DNA of 64,000 nucleotides from Calditrichia bacterium (GTDB lineage Bacteria > Calditrichota > Calditrichia > JAJRVZ01): NCBI GenBank assembly GCA_963777955.1, contig CAVZSQ010000019.1:416001-480000 (forward strand). The letters run 5' to 3'. The notes beneath the pieces were generated by a model. The model saw only the letters and a list, made by a program, of their open reading frames with translations. It was not told the origin of the DNA and ran no database searches. A program made the translations under genes and the position numbers. Shown piece after piece: positions 18,701 through 30,203 of the stretch (positions within the stretch are counted from its first letter, which is position 1; every line of letters starts with the position of its first letter).

Positions 18701-21098
18701 TCACCGCACCACCCTTACACCAAAAACCCCTCCTGCCGTGTTATCAGGGTGTGCCTGAAATTTGACCGTGATTTTATTTTTGCCGCTGATCAATTCGCGC
18801 GAAAGCGGATAATTCACATCGATAAACTCCCCGGATTTATTATTTTGCAGTGATTGGGTCGCCAGGATTTGTCCATCGATCAGAATATCGAAGGTACGCT
18901 GGCCGCTATCACCGCCCCAGTAGGTACAAACCAGGATATTAGTTGTGTCCGGTAGTAATTTAAGATCAAATGAAAACCAACCCCCATCATAGGCCTGGCG
19001 ATATTTACCATCCCAGGCTTCACCGGAAGCGCTTTTGTCTCCCTGCTGATTATGATCCTGCTCGGATTGCTTATCACCAGGTTGTACAAAATCGACCGAA
19101 CGTTGATCCAGTTCATGAATCCTCGCTAATTCAGCCTTTATTTCTTCCTGTCTGGTCAGCAATTGTTCTGCAGTCAAAACTTCCCAGTAAACCGAATATC
19201 GTTTATTATGCATTTTATAAAAGGGATATAGCACCACGTCACGCGGCCGGCCAACCGCAACGGTCTGAAAAGTAACTGCTTTGTCCGGCAGAGGTTTAAT
19301 CCATTCAGACAGACTCTTCCCGGCTGTGATGAACACCGGCACATAGTTCTGTCCCTGTACAATTAAATCCTCTGCGGCGCCAAGTTCTCCGGCCAGAACC
19401 AGCGGTCCATAACAGACAGCAATCCGCTGCGGATTATCCGGCATCGATTCCAGACGCAACGACATGGGGATGGTGATTTCAATGGTATCCCCGTTTTTCC
19501 AGGTGCGTTCCACTTCGATATAACTGCCGGGGGCAGAATAAATCTTTTGAATTTTACCATTCACCAGAATAGTTATCCCCTTCTGCGCCCAGGAGGGATA
19601 ACGGAAGCGCATGGTGAGTTTGAGCGGTTTTTTAACCTGTATATTAAAATGGATTTTATCGTTTTCGGGAAAATTTGTCTGCTGTGTCAGCTCAAGACCT
19701 TTTTCTGGCCATTGCAATACCGAGGCGATGTAGAGATTAACCCACAAACCGTCATCATCGTGGAAGTAAATATTCCCGCCGTATTTAGCATGATTTTCCA
19801 TACCTGTACCGACACAGCACCAGAAACTATCGTATGGATCAGAGTACTCCTTGAATGCACCCGGTTTAAGCGGGATAAAATAGCAAAACATACCGCTGCC
19901 TGGATTTTGTGAAGCAAGAATGTGATTATAGAGCGCCCTCTCGTAATAATCGACATAGGCAACACCGGCCTGCCAGCAAAACAGATGCCGGGTCAGTTTC
20001 AACATGTTATAGGTATTGCAGGTTTCACAGGTATTATTGCTCAGGCGCTTATCCAGTTCATCCGCCTCTGCCAGGTATTCATACGAACTGTTCCCGCCGA
20101 TGACATAGGAATGATGATTGACCATTCTATCCCAGAAATATTCTGCCGCGGTCCGGTCGTTGAGGTCTCCGGTAATTTCATACCGTCTGGCCAGGCCGAT
20201 TAGTTTGGGTATATTGGTGTTGGCATGAAGCCCGGCCAGTTTATCTTCATGCCGGGTCAGCGGGTCTAGAACAAATTTATGATGAAAGCGTTTGGAGAGA
20301 TTCAGATATTTTTCCTCGCCGGTACAGGCATACAGTTCCGCTAAAACTTCATTCATACCACCATGTTCACAGGCCAGCATTTTTTGAAATTGCTCTTCGT
20401 TCAGATTTTTAGTTGTTTCTAGCGTAAAATCGGCAAGTTTGGCGGCTATGATCAAGGCTTTTTGATTATCGCAATAATGCCGGGCATCCAGCAAGCCGGC
20501 CAGTTCTTTATGCAGCGTATACCATGGTACCCAGATGCCGTTCAGATCAAATCCCTTGGCCCGGATATTTCCGGTGGAAATTTCGGCAAAAACTCTGCGA
20601 CCGTCGGGAATCGCTGCCACGTAACCATCGCCATGGGCACGCTGGCATAGTTCCAACTCATCAACAATATAATCGACCCGCTGTTTAAAAAGGCTGTCCC
20701 CGGTCGATGCGTACATCATGGCGCAGGCTGAGAGATAGTGTCCCAGTGAATGACCGGCAATCCCCTCTTTTTCCCAGCCGCCATAACCTTCTGCTTTGGG
20801 CGATAAACCCGCCTCTTTCCTGAATCCGCTCAATAAGCGATCCGCTTCCAGCAGTAATAAATAATTGGCGTCGAGTTGCTGGGCCTGTCGAAAAGGTCCC
20901 GGCAGCAGACGCACCGCACCCCAGCTCAAAAGGATAAGCCTTGAATTCAATCCGGTCAGCGATTATTACTTGTTTTTTGTTATCCGAATCTGCCGCAAGC
21001 GAATCCGTGCAGACTCCAACCAGTAAAAATGTCATAAATATGACCATGACGTTATTCAGGGCCAAAGACTTCCTGCGCGGTCTGAATGTACTATTCAT
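18701..21098 (-). CDS. Secreted GH127/GH146-like beta-L-arabinofuranosidase; one frameshift at 20919-20922
   Basis: Signal peptide in one frame joins FELGAVRLL if one G is removed; [44 protein letters not shown]. Confidence 0.88.
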
Positions 21099-23097
21099 TG
21101 CGCGTCTCCGTTTGAAATAACATGTGTGCCGGAATAATCTGCTTGGTCAGAGCGGGACCGGAAATACTGACCTCCAGCACTTTACCCCCCGGTCCTTGAA
21201 AAAATCCAACTTTAAGTTCATGGAAACCGGCTTTCAGCATGATTGTACCGGACTGTTCCTGCGGGGCATGGTCTCCGTCGTTGTCGACCAGCACTTTTTT
21301 ATCAATGCACAGATCGGAGCCATCGTCTGAGTTCAAATAGAATGTATATAAACCATCAGCGGGTATCTTGAGATAGCCTTTATATTGCACTCCGAAATTT
21401 TCACCGGAATTTTCCGCCGGCAAAATAATTGTATCAACTACACCCGTACGTTTGGCGGGCAGGGATTCAAAACCAGGAATTCTGTCCCATTGCCCTTCAT
21501 AATAACCAAAGTTAATTCCGGGTTTGGGATTTTTTATCTCCAGGGCCGGTGGTAATTCGTACTTTCCGGTTAATTCCAGAACCACGACCGATTTCGGCGG
21601 CAGGTTGATTTCAATACTGTTATTATCCAACTTGAAATCTGTAAATTTTATTGGTCGAACGACATCCGGATTTTCAAACGTATTATGAGCATTCATTTCA
21701 GCGGCAGTCAGAATTTGTCCTGAAATACCTGCGGTTTTGAACCGGATTAAATCACAGGAAATCTTCTGCCGGATCCGGGGATCAATATTACATAACGAGA
21801 TATGAACTTTGCCCTGCTGGTCTAACGAAGCTGAAGCATTCACAGCCGGAAGTTTCTGGTCGTCCAGCATATAATCGGCCGTTTCGATTTTCAGCGGGAT
21901 CAGCATAGCATCCTGGTGAACTTTGAACAGGTCGAACACGTAATAGGTGGGAGTGAGGACCATCCGCTCTTCATCGGTGAGGATGACCGCCTGTAATACA
22001 TTGATCATCTGGGCAATATTGGCCATGCGCACCCGGTCACAATGATTATTGAATATATTTAAATTGCAGGCAGCCGTAACAGCATCACGCAATGTATTCT
22101 GCTGGTACAGAAAACCGGGATTGGTTCCGGGCTCGACTTTATACCAGGTACCCCATTCATCAACTATCAGGGCAATCTTTTTATTCGGATCGTATTTATC
22201 CATTACCGCGCTGTGTCCGGCAATGTATTCGTCTATTACTAAACTGCTTTTTAAAACAGCAAACCATCCTTTTTCATCAAAGTCGGTGGCGATCCTGCCG
22301 TCATTGAAAGCGTAATGATGCAAGGATAATCCCTGCATGGCACTCGCGGCATTTTTCATCAATACTTCTGTCCAGTTATAGTTGCCGTCAGAACTGCCGC
22401 AGGCAATTTTAAATATTTTATTCTGGCCATAATCGCGGCAATAGGTTCCGTAGCGGCGTAACTGGTCGGCATAGTACTCCGGCCGCATGTTTCCTCCGCA
22501 GCCCCAACTTTCGTTGCCAATACCCCAGTATTTAACACCCCACGATTTTTCCCGGCCGTTTTGTTTACGCAGATTGGTCATAGGACTGATATTATCGGAG
22601 TTGATATACTCAATCCATTGCGACAACTCCTGCACTGTACCGCTGCCGACATTACCGCAGATACACGGTTCGCAATCCAGTTGCCGGCATAATTCCAGGA
22701 ATTCATGGGTGCCGAAACTGTTATCTTCGGTCACCCCGCCCCAGTGGGTGTTGATCATACTCGGTCTATTTTCGCGCGGACCGATGCCATCCTGCCAGTG
22801 ATACTCATCGGCAAAACAACCGCCCGGCCAGCGCAGCAGCGGAATTCTTATTTTCCGGAGTGCCGCCACCACATCGTTTCTGATCCCGTTGGTGTTGGGA
22901 ATTTTGGAGTTCTCCCCGACCCAGATTCCACCATAGATGCAGTGACCAAGATGTTCGGAAAAATGACCATAAATGTTTTTGTTGATCTGGTATCTCAGAT
23001 CCGATGCATCAAATATCAATTTAGCGCTTTGAGCTCCGGCCCGAATATTCAATAACAGGAATAAACCTGATATACAAAGAAAAAGTGTTTTTTTCAT
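21091..23097 (-). CDS. GH51 alpha-L-arabinofuranosidase with C-terminal PA14 domain
   Basis: [43 protein letters not shown]14 [17 protein letters not shown]. Confidence 0.93.
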   Translation of the reverse strand: MKKTLFLCISGLFLLLNIRAGAQSAKLIFDASDLRYQINKNIYGHFSEHLGHCIYGGIWVGENSKIPNTNGIRNDVVAALRKIRIPLLRWPGGCFADEYHWQDGIGPRENRPSMINTHWGGVTEDNSFGTHEFLELCRQLDCEPCICGNVGSGTVQELSQWIEYINSDNISPMTNLRKQNGREKSWGVKYWGIGNESWGCGGNMRPEYYADQLRRYGTYCRDYGQNKIFKIACGSSDGNYNWTEVLMKNAASAMQGLSLHHYAFNDGRIATDFDEKGWFAVLKSSLVIDEYIAGHSAVMDKYDPNKKIALIVDEWGTWYKVEPGTNPGFLYQQNTLRDAVTAACNLNIFNNHCDRVRMANIAQMINVLQAVILTDEERMVLTPTYYVFDLFKVHQDAMLIPLKIETADYMLDDQKLPAVNASASLDQQGKVHISLCNIDPRIRQKISCDLIRFKTAGISGQILTAAEMNAHNTFENPDVVRPIKFTDFKLDNNSIEINLPPKSVVVLELTGKYELPPALEIKNPKPGINFGYYEGQWDRIPGFESLPAKRTGVVDTIILPAENSGENFGVQYKGYLKIPADGLYTFYLNSDDGSDLCIDKKVLVDNDGDHAPQEQSGTIMLKAGFHELKVGFFQGPGGKVLEVSISGPALTKQIIPAHMLFQTETRNE

Positions 23098-23239
23098 CAC
23101 TACCTCCCATTCTAATTTAGTAGAGTACAATATCCATATTGTTATTCAATAATTAGGCAAAATGTATCTGCCGCACTGTTGCTCGTCGTCGTCGTAGACC
23201 TGTTATCTTGCTGTAATCTATTTTTTGCATTATACATTA

Positions 23240-23383
23240 CTAATCCCAGTTGAACTCGACAAGATTATTATTCAGTTTCCATACTCTGGGTAATTGGTTG
23301 TTCAGCCAATCCAACGGTTCACCTGCAGGTAAGGATTGCGATGCTGTTTTAAAACACTGTCGAATAAATTTTCTGCGTTTCAT
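23240..23383 (-). pseudogene. 47-codon remnant: Tat-like start fused to a C-terminal fragment
   Basis: MKRRKFIRQ lacks a hydrophobic h-region; ends LPRVWKLNNNLVEFNWD. Confidence 0.35.
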
Positions 23384-23484
23384 ATGCATACATTCCTGTT
23401 TACTGAGGAGTAATTTCTCCTGGCATATATGATTCTAATCTACCGGTCATATATCCAAACTAAATTAAAGCAAGCTGTTGTCTT

Positions 23485-23853
23485 TCAAGCAAGTGCACGA
23501 TATATTTTTTGTACTTCTTGATTGCTCGGCCAGTCACTGCGTATACTGGGAAACTTCAGGATCTCGAATATCGACAAAGCATTCAGCGATTGGGCACTGG
23601 TAATATCATCCACAGGAATCCAGGTTCTGTACTGCGGATCATTGCCTTCCTGGTAATCGATCTCCTCGTAGAATTCATAAAAATACAATTGTCCGCATTT
23701 TTTACATTTCATCAATCTCCGCATTAAATGGGACTCGTCGTAATAAATCTTTTCATTTTCTAAATCCTGTCTCAAATCTTCAGCTGTAAGATCCGTTTTA
23801 TTCCAGAGATGACATGGTGATGAAGTACTGATTTTTATATCATTCATTAACAT
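23485..23853 (-). CDS. Hypothetical protein with CxxC
   Basis: 122-aa ORF, CKKCGQLYFYEFYE. Confidence 0.6.
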   Translation of the reverse strand: MLMNDIKISTSSPCHLWNKTDLTAEDLRQDLENEKIYYDESHLMRRLMKCKKCGQLYFYEFYEEIDYQEGNDPQYRTWIPVDDITSAQSLNALSIFEILKFPSIRSDWPSNQEVQKIYRALA

Positions 23854-23922
23854 GTCCTGTTTTAATTAATTTATTTCGAACACCACCTGATCTATTTTTC
23901 TGCCAAAGATCCAACCCGATTT

Positions 23923-25047
23923 TTATTGCCGCAGACCCAGCTGCCGGAGCAGATCGAGACCCAGCCACAGCGCCGCGGCTCCAGCCGGGGCGATTTTCCC
24001 CGGGACCAATCCAAATTTTTCACACAATAAATCATCTGTACTATTTAGCGGAATTCGACCCGGTTGACCGCTTAGCGTAGCCCACTCTTCATTTAACTGA
24101 AATCTCAGTCCTGCTGTGTTATTTGTACGGTGGTATGAATACCAGTCATTTGATTTAATTAACAATAACAGGCAGATTTCCGGTCTTAAATTCAACAGAT
24201 TAATGGCGGTCCCGCTGAAATAAACAGCGGCCGAACCATTTTCGATAAGATGCTCAAGAAATACTAACCGTGGATCGCCGTAAAAATAGCTGAAATCTCC
24301 TTCATTTTTTTGGGGCTCGGGTCGATTGAAGAGTTCTTCCAGATATTCTCTCTTTAGATTATGAATGATAGAATATTCCTGTTCTAAAAAAACGGTCGCA
24401 GGTTGGAAAACAAATGAAGGGATTACATGAAACTGGTTCGTATCGACTGCTACCGCTGTATCCGATCTTTTCCTTAACCACAGGTAATAATCTTCACCGT
24501 CCCGGTAGCAGATTAACACAGAGATACCGATGAAAGCGCTCCGGCCGGAACCGGATTTAATCGGATCCGAACAATGCAGATGGATTTTTTCACGCAGTGG
24601 TAATCCGGCCTTGAAATCATTATAAGCAGGTTCAGAAAAATCTGTCAGAGGCTTATTAGCAAATCCTTCTAAAAGTTCCCATTCCAGAGCATAACATGTA
24701 TCCAGGGCATCGTAATAATAGCCAAGGTCGCATTGTAAAGAAACTCTGTTATCAACCTGCAGCGACCGGAAAGTAAAGGAAGGGCGGTTCTCAATTTTTT
24801 TCCCTGCCTTTTCCAATAAACGACGATAGGTTTCATCTCTGCTAATGAAATCATTCTCCTGACGATAGGTTGTGATCAACGGGACAGCAAGTGCCGATTC
24901 AGGATCATTAATTTGTGCTGGTGCTGCCGGGAATATTACCACAGGGTAAGTTTTTCCAAATCGTTCCAGCAGCGGATACTCTTTGTATCTCCAGCTCAAA
25001 AAATCATACAAAAACCGGTTTTCCAGAATATTTTGATCTTGCTGCAA
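23923..25047 (-). CDS. Hypothetical protein with a possible divergent Nudix-like fold
   Basis: 374-aa ORF; LRKRS...FHVIPSFVFQP...REYLEELF. Confidence 0.6.
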   Translation of the reverse strand: MQQDQNILENRFLYDFLSWRYKEYPLLERFGKTYPVVIFPAAPAQINDPESALAVPLITTYRQENDFISRDETYRRLLEKAGKKIENRPSFTFRSLQVDNRVSLQCDLGYYYDALDTCYALEWELLEGFANKPLTDFSEPAYNDFKAGLPLREKIHLHCSDPIKSGSGRSAFIGISVLICYRDGEDYYLWLRKRSDTAVAVDTNQFHVIPSFVFQPATVFLEQEYSIIHNLKREYLEELFNRPEPQKNEGDFSYFYGDPRLVFLEHLIENGSAAVYFSGTAINLLNLRPEICLLLLIKSNDWYSYHRTNNTAGLRFQLNEEWATLSGQPGRIPLNSTDDLLCEKFGLVPGKIAPAGAAALWLGLDLLRQLGLRQ

Positions 25048-25106
25048 TTTTGCTGCAATCCTGTATGAAAACTTTCACTAATCCTGTATATCGCCCAGGG
25101 CTTCGA

Positions 25107-25865
25107 TCACTTTTTTGCCACTACCAGCATTTCATAATCTTTGGTGGTCAGTTGCCGGTCACGGCTAAACTTGCCCATTTCCGCTCCAAGTATATCCACT
25201 TTACAGAAACCCAGTGATTTTAATAACCAGGTTATCTCTGCAGGAACATAATAACGCTCATTGCACTGTAAAGTCTTTTTATTGCCGTCATCATCGACCT
25301 GTTCGTATTCGGAATAATCTCGAAAAGTCAGCAAATCAAACGTATCGGTTTTATGAACTTCATGATCCTGATGCTGATTGATAAAATCTTTTACCGAATG
25401 GAATAAAGGAAACAAGCCGTTCAAAGTGGTAAAAATGAATATGCCGTTTTTCTTCAGGGCTCTGCCCGCATTTTTTAAAATTTCAAAATTCATTTCATCC
25501 GTTTCCATTAAGGGGAAAGCCCCCTCGCACATCATAATGGCCAGATCAAAGCGCTGGCGATATTTAAGCGAACGGGCATCGGCTTTCCTGAAGCGTACTT
25601 TCACCTGGGCCTTTTTGGCCTTCAGGCGTGCCTTGGCTAACTGCACCCGGGACAAATCGACCGCCAGAACCCGGTAACCTCTTTTAGCCAGTTCGATAGC
25701 ATGGCGACCCGTGCCACAACCGATATCAAGGATGGAAAAATTTTTATTAAATTGTATCTCTTTTTCGATAAAATCAACTTCGCCTGTAGTACCTTTAGTA
25801 AACGGTTCCTGATCATAGCTATTGGCATAATTTTCAAAAAATTCTTCATACCATTGTTTCTTCAT
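25107..25865 (-). CDS. Class I SAM-dependent methyltransferase
   Basis: ILDIGCGTGRHA, VDLS, DAR; start re-called at MKKQWY. Confidence 0.9.
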   Translation of the reverse strand: MKKQWYEEFFENYANSYDQEPFTKGTTGEVDFIEKEIQFNKNFSILDIGCGTGRHAIELAKRGYRVLAVDLSRVQLAKARLKAKKAQVKVRFRKADARSLKYRQRFDLAIMMCEGAFPLMETDEMNFEILKNAGRALKKNGIFIFTTLNGLFPLFHSVKDFINQHQDHEVHKTDTFDLLTFRDYSEYEQVDDDGNKKTLQCNERYYVPAEITWLLKSLGFCKVDILGAEMGKFSRDRQLTTKDYEMLVVAKK

Positions 25866-25869
25866 GCTC

Positions 25870-26409
25870 TCACCTTTCATCATAACCCTGGGCGACCAGC
25901 CTGGTACCGATATTTTCGTAAATACCCTGTTCTTCCGGAGTCCAGGTGCCAAGACCGTCAACATAGCGGTTGAACATACAAAAAGCCGCAGCAACCAGGA
26001 CAGTATCGTGAATGGCCTGGTCATCGGCACCGGCAGCGCGGGCACGCTCTATCTGATCTTTTGTTACGTATTTCCCCCCTTGCTGGACTGCAGCAGCAAT
26101 ATCCAACAGCGCCTGCATTTTTTCACCGAATGATTTTGTATCTGACTGCCGCAGGACTTTGTCGACCTGCCCGGCCTGATCCGGCGGCAACAATTTCCTG
26201 GCCGCGGCGCTATGAGCACGCATACAAAATTTGCACTCGTTTCTCCCTGAAACAAAAGCAGCGATGAGTTCCCGCTCTCCTTCCGTTAAAGATGATTTAC
26301 CGCGTAAAATCTGCTGAGTGAATATGTTCAGCGACTGCGCCGTATCGGTATAGGTGGATAGCAGGCTAATAATTCCGGGCGCCCCCGGTGTTACCTTTAT
26401 ATATGCCAC
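25870..26409 (-). CDS. AhpD/carboxymuconolactone decarboxylase family peroxidase-related protein
   Basis: ERELIAAFVS..NECKFCMRAH; FCMFNRYVDG. Confidence 0.88.
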   Translation of the reverse strand: MAYIKVTPGAPGIISLLSTYTDTAQSLNIFTQQILRGKSSLTEGERELIAAFVSGRNECKFCMRAHSAAARKLLPPDQAGQVDKVLRQSDTKSFGEKMQALLDIAAAVQQGGKYVTKDQIERARAAGADDQAIHDTVLVAAAFCMFNRYVDGLGTWTPEEQGIYENIGTRLVAQGYDER

Positions 26410-26489
26410 TTATTGTCTCCCTTATTTTTCTATTTATAAACCAGCACTTCTTGACTGCTTGATTCTCCATTCTCTAATCTTTAATCTTT

Positions 26490-26607
26490 ACTCAGTGCCC
26501 TGTTGCCGAAGTGCACCTCTGTGCCTGAGTGCCTGAGTGCCTTGCTTTGTCCCTTTGTCCCTATGTCTCTTTGTCCCTACCTAACGGTAGGTCTCCGATC
26601 TTTGTCC
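26490..26607. repeat. Octamer tandem repeats (GTGCCTGA, CTTTGTCC) plus a GTAGGTCTCCGATC element
   Basis: Read directly; GTAGGTCTCCGATCTTTGTC recurs at about 18598. Confidence 0.7.
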
Positions 26608-26616
26608 TTTTTTGAT

Positions 26617-28398
26617 TTACATCAACCTGTCCCTGGCCGAGAAACGCTTGGACCGGTCATACGGTATAACGTCGAAAATCTCACCCTGGTTCAGTTTTTC
26701 GGTAATATGTTTCCAGAATTTGAGGGTGTATAAATCGCCATGAACAGATTTAAAGACCTCCTTCAGCGGTTCCGGAATACCGGAGTAGCGGTCCAGCTCA
26801 TCTACAAAAAATTCATCCTCTCTGGCCAGAATCCAATTTTCTTCAGGTTCTATTTCTTCGAGCTCGTCCCGCGGTTCCGGTTTTTCCCGGAACTTTATTT
26901 GCTCGATCGGTAGGACATCATCATAATCAAAGAGAACAACTCTGCCCCAGTGGGTAATCCCGTAATTCCAGGTATTAAACAAGTCGGAAGGAAAAACACC
27001 GCTGGCCGCCAGATCCTTCAGAAAATAACCAAAATCAATCAGCACATGCCGCAGTATTTCCGGATTTCGCTCCGATTCGAAATACATCGGCAGCGGGATA
27101 ACTTTCCGTTGTACATACAGATGCTTAATAACTACATAATCACTGCTAATGCTGACATTATTCCTGGCTGCCAGTCTGAATTCTTCCAACAGCATTGCTG
27201 AAAAGCGTTTTTTCCTGAAACGCAGATTTTCAAATTCCTGGGTATCGACCATTCTGCCGGCGCGATCATGATGCGAAACAAAATTATAACGGAAGCGTAC
27301 CTGTTCCCTGGTAATCGTTTTCAGCGTATCAATCCGGGAGCGCAGAAAACATGGCCGGTCCTTGATTACCTTGAATACAAAATCATAACTGGGCATCGTA
27401 AAACCGATCATCACCGCGCCTTCTAAACCCGGAGCGATGACGAATTGTTCCTTGGACACATGAACAAACCGGTGCAGATCGCGGTAAAATTCCGTTTTAC
27501 CGTGGCGGTTGTAGCCGAGTGAAGTATAGAGTTCTGCCAGTTGGGCGTGCGGTACAATAAAATGTAAAAAATCAATGAGCATATCATATCTTTCCACATC
27601 AACCAGGAAATAAGAATAGGCAAAACTAAAAACAATACTGGCTTCTACTTCACGTAGCAGCACCGTATCTGCATAGATCCCTTTTTCGCTATTGATCAGC
27701 GGGATAATCAGCGGAATGGAACGGGCATTGGCCACAATCCGGCCGATGATGTAGGCTTCTTTATTCCGGTAAAAAACTGCCTTGACGATATCGACATTAT
27801 AGACCTGGTTCATACCAACAACAGGCCAGAGGTATAAGTCGATTTCCCGGGCTATCCGGCAAACATCCCGTTCCAGATTCTCGTAATTTAAATTGAAGGA
27901 AAAATCTTCTAAAATATTTCTCACCAGATATCTGGTGGCGGATTCTTTTGGATAGCGGCGATATACCGCCTCAGCATCTCCCGGCTGGGATTTGCTCACT
28001 TTTGGATTGAGGTAAAAAAATTCCACTTCACGGTTGATACCCAGGGTTTTCAGTATTTTCCGGGTGACTGAATTAAAAAATGTTTCAGCGCGGTCGATAT
28101 CATATCTCTGGGCAACCAGAGTCGCGAAGCGTTGCTTGGCAGTTATCCAGAGTTGGGCTTCCCGCACCTGATCACTAAAAATAGAATCAAGTTGGCTGGT
28201 GAAGCGTTCGAGTACCTGGTCATAAAGATCCAATCGCTCGGTGGCATCGCGAAGTCCGCCCAGCCAATCTTTTTCCTCAAACTTTTGTTTGGCCCGGTAT
28301 GTTATGGCCCGGAATGCGGTATTGAAGGAATCGAAAGCGTCCAGGGTAAGTTTTGCCACCAGAGTGGCATTTTCGTCAAGTTTCACTAACTCTGGCAT
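26617..28398 (-). CDS. aceK: Isocitrate dehydrogenase kinase/phosphatase
   Basis: AETFFNSV, FYRNKEAY, HGKTEFYRD, IAPGLEGAVM, VFKVIKD, DRAGRMVDTQEF, RVVLFDYDD. Confidence 0.92.
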   Translation of the reverse strand: MPELVKLDENATLVAKLTLDAFDSFNTAFRAITYRAKQKFEEKDWLGGLRDATERLDLYDQVLERFTSQLDSIFSDQVREAQLWITAKQRFATLVAQRYDIDRAETFFNSVTRKILKTLGINREVEFFYLNPKVSKSQPGDAEAVYRRYPKESATRYLVRNILEDFSFNLNYENLERDVCRIAREIDLYLWPVVGMNQVYNVDIVKAVFYRNKEAYIIGRIVANARSIPLIIPLINSEKGIYADTVLLREVEASIVFSFAYSYFLVDVERYDMLIDFLHFIVPHAQLAELYTSLGYNRHGKTEFYRDLHRFVHVSKEQFVIAPGLEGAVMIGFTMPSYDFVFKVIKDRPCFLRSRIDTLKTITREQVRFRYNFVSHHDRAGRMVDTQEFENLRFRKKRFSAMLLEEFRLAARNNVSISSDYVVIKHLYVQRKVIPLPMYFESERNPEILRHVLIDFGYFLKDLAASGVFPSDLFNTWNYGITHWGRVVLFDYDDVLPIEQIKFREKPEPRDELEEIEPEENWILAREDEFFVDELDRYSGIPEPLKEVFKSVHGDLYTLKFWKHITEKLNQGEIFDVIPYDRSKRFSARDRLM

Positions 28399-28479
28399 AA
28401 GTTGATTTCAGTTTTAACCTAAAAATGATCCAAAAATCCGGTTTGCCTGACTATAATTTTGTACAAACTGGTATTATTA

Positions 28480-29472
28480 TTACCAGTAATGATGAACGTG
28501 CGGACGTACAAGGCGGTTATATACTTCATTAATCTTGGTCATTGTACCGGCTGAGAGTGGAGGAAGGCCTTCGGCGGCGGCAGCTTTGATATTCTCCTCC
28601 ACTTGTTGCGGGCGCTTGGCTCCCGGGATGGCGCAGGTCACCGCCGGGAACATCAATATCCAGCGCAGAGCCAGCTGGGCGAGTGTTTGTCCGGCCGGAA
28701 CCAATGGACGCAGAATTTCAACTACCTGTAAACTCAGGTCATAATCCAATCCGGAAAAGGTTTCACCACGATCGAATGCTGCACCCTGACGGTTAAAATT
28801 GCGGTGATCTTCGCTGGAAAAAGAACTTTCGCGTGTAAACTTGCCGGTCAGCATGCCGGAGGAGAGTGGTAATCTGGCCAAGATGCCCACTTTGCGGCGC
28901 AGTGCTTCTTTGAAAAATAATTCAGCCGGTCGCTGCCGGAATATATTGAAGATAATCTGTACCGACTGCACACCCGGATATTCAATAACTTTAAGCGCCT
29001 CCTCTACTTTTTCTACACTGACCCCATAATAGCGTATTTTACCTGCCTTGACCAGATCATCGAGGATACCGAACAACTCGGGGCGATAATACACTTCGGT
29101 CGGCGGGCAGTGCAATTGTAACAGGTCCAGAGTATCCGTCTGAAGGTTCTTCAGACTTCGTTCGATGAAAGAAGTCAGATTTTGCCGGTTATATCCCTCG
29201 CTGACATGCGGATCAAGCCGGCGTCCGGCCTTGGTAGTGATATAAAACGGTTCTTTACGCTCACTACGGAGTTTTGCTAACAATCTTTCGCTGTGGCCAT
29301 CACCGTACACATCGGCAGTGTCGAAGAAATTCACTCCCAGATCCAGGGCGCGATGTAATGCGGCCAGCGATTCCTTATCATCCACCGTACCCCAGGTACT
29401 GCCGATAGCCCAGGCACCAAAACTGACTGCCGACACCCGCCAACCGGTGCGTCCCAGTTCACGATATTCCAT
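28480..29472 (-). CDS. Aldo/keto reductase
   Basis: GVNFFDTADVYG.G.SE, SLKNLQTDTLDLLQLH, QLALRWIL..IPGAK. Confidence 0.93.
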   Translation of the reverse strand: MEYRELGRTGWRVSAVSFGAWAIGSTWGTVDDKESLAALHRALDLGVNFFDTADVYGDGHSERLLAKLRSERKEPFYITTKAGRRLDPHVSEGYNRQNLTSFIERSLKNLQTDTLDLLQLHCPPTEVYYRPELFGILDDLVKAGKIRYYGVSVEKVEEALKVIEYPGVQSVQIIFNIFRQRPAELFFKEALRRKVGILARLPLSSGMLTGKFTRESSFSSEDHRNFNRQGAAFDRGETFSGLDYDLSLQVVEILRPLVPAGQTLAQLALRWILMFPAVTCAIPGAKRPQQVEENIKAAAAEGLPPLSAGTMTKINEVYNRLVRPHVHHYW

Positions 29473-29514
29473 AGCTGCCCCCGATTTTTCTAATAGCCCT
29501 GACGATATCACAGG

Positions 29515-29880
29515 TCATGGTATAAATGATTTTCTGAGTTCCTCCAGCCGGGTCGGCGCCCCCGGATCATCAGCAAAGATTTTCACCAGATGCTCGCAGG
29601 CGTAATCTGCACAATAGGCACAACTTTCAAGTTTTCTTTCCTGTGCACATTTCCTGATCTGGCACTTCCGGCAGGTCGAAAAAATCCTGTCCGTGGTAGT
29701 CCGGCAGCCGTCACAGTCATTAATTTCATGCGGCTGCAATTTCATCCCGTATTGTTCAGAACAGATCCGGGCAATGGAGATCCTCATCGCTTGTTGTGCA
29801 GCCACATCCTGTTCCAGGCTGGCCAGATAAATCGGACAACCGCTGCAATTCAAACCGCAATATGCTATCATATTATTCAT
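29515..29880 (-). CDS. DUF3795 Cys-rich protein
   Basis: IAYCGLNCSGC, CDGC, CRKCQIRKCA, CAYC..YAC. Confidence 0.85.
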   Translation of the reverse strand: MNNMIAYCGLNCSGCPIYLASLEQDVAAQQAMRISIARICSEQYGMKLQPHEINDCDGCRTTTDRIFSTCRKCQIRKCAQERKLESCAYCADYACEHLVKIFADDPGAPTRLEELRKSFIP

Positions 29881-29906
29881 AATAAGTATTATTTATTTTA
29901 CAACCT

Positions 29907-29930
29907 GGGCGCGGTGCACCGCGCCCTTAC
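29907..29930 (-). repeat. GTAG-type REP palindrome
   Basis: Minus strand GTAAGGGCGCGGTGCACCGCGCCC. Confidence 0.7.
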
Positions 29931-29970
29931 AGATATCTTTCATCGAATCCATGCCTATAATATATTTTAT

Positions 29971-30180
29971 TCAAATAACCTGCAATAGCGCCGGAGGCAA
30001 ATATGGAATAGGTTTCTTCAGGACTCTAGTCAGATTTCCGGTACCACAGCCGGCATCCAGTACACTTTCATCTTTATGGATATCCAAAAGCGTAAAAAGA
30101 ATATCCGCTGCGGAACTTTGAATAATGGAGGTTTCCTTATATCTCCGTGCAATTTCTGAAAAGTGTTCCGTGGACATCAT
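29971..30180 (-). pseudogene. Truncated methyltransferase (N-terminus only)
   Basis: VLDAGCGTGNLT motif I, then ends at 69 aa; no continuation found downstream. Confidence 0.65.
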
Positions 30181-30203
30181 CCGACACTTAGCATTCTAAT
30201 ACA

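Noticed and set aside
25866..26045. 60-aa N-terminal extension of the methyltransferase in the ORF track
   Set aside because: It overlaps the AhpD-like gene; ATG 25865 is the more plausible start.
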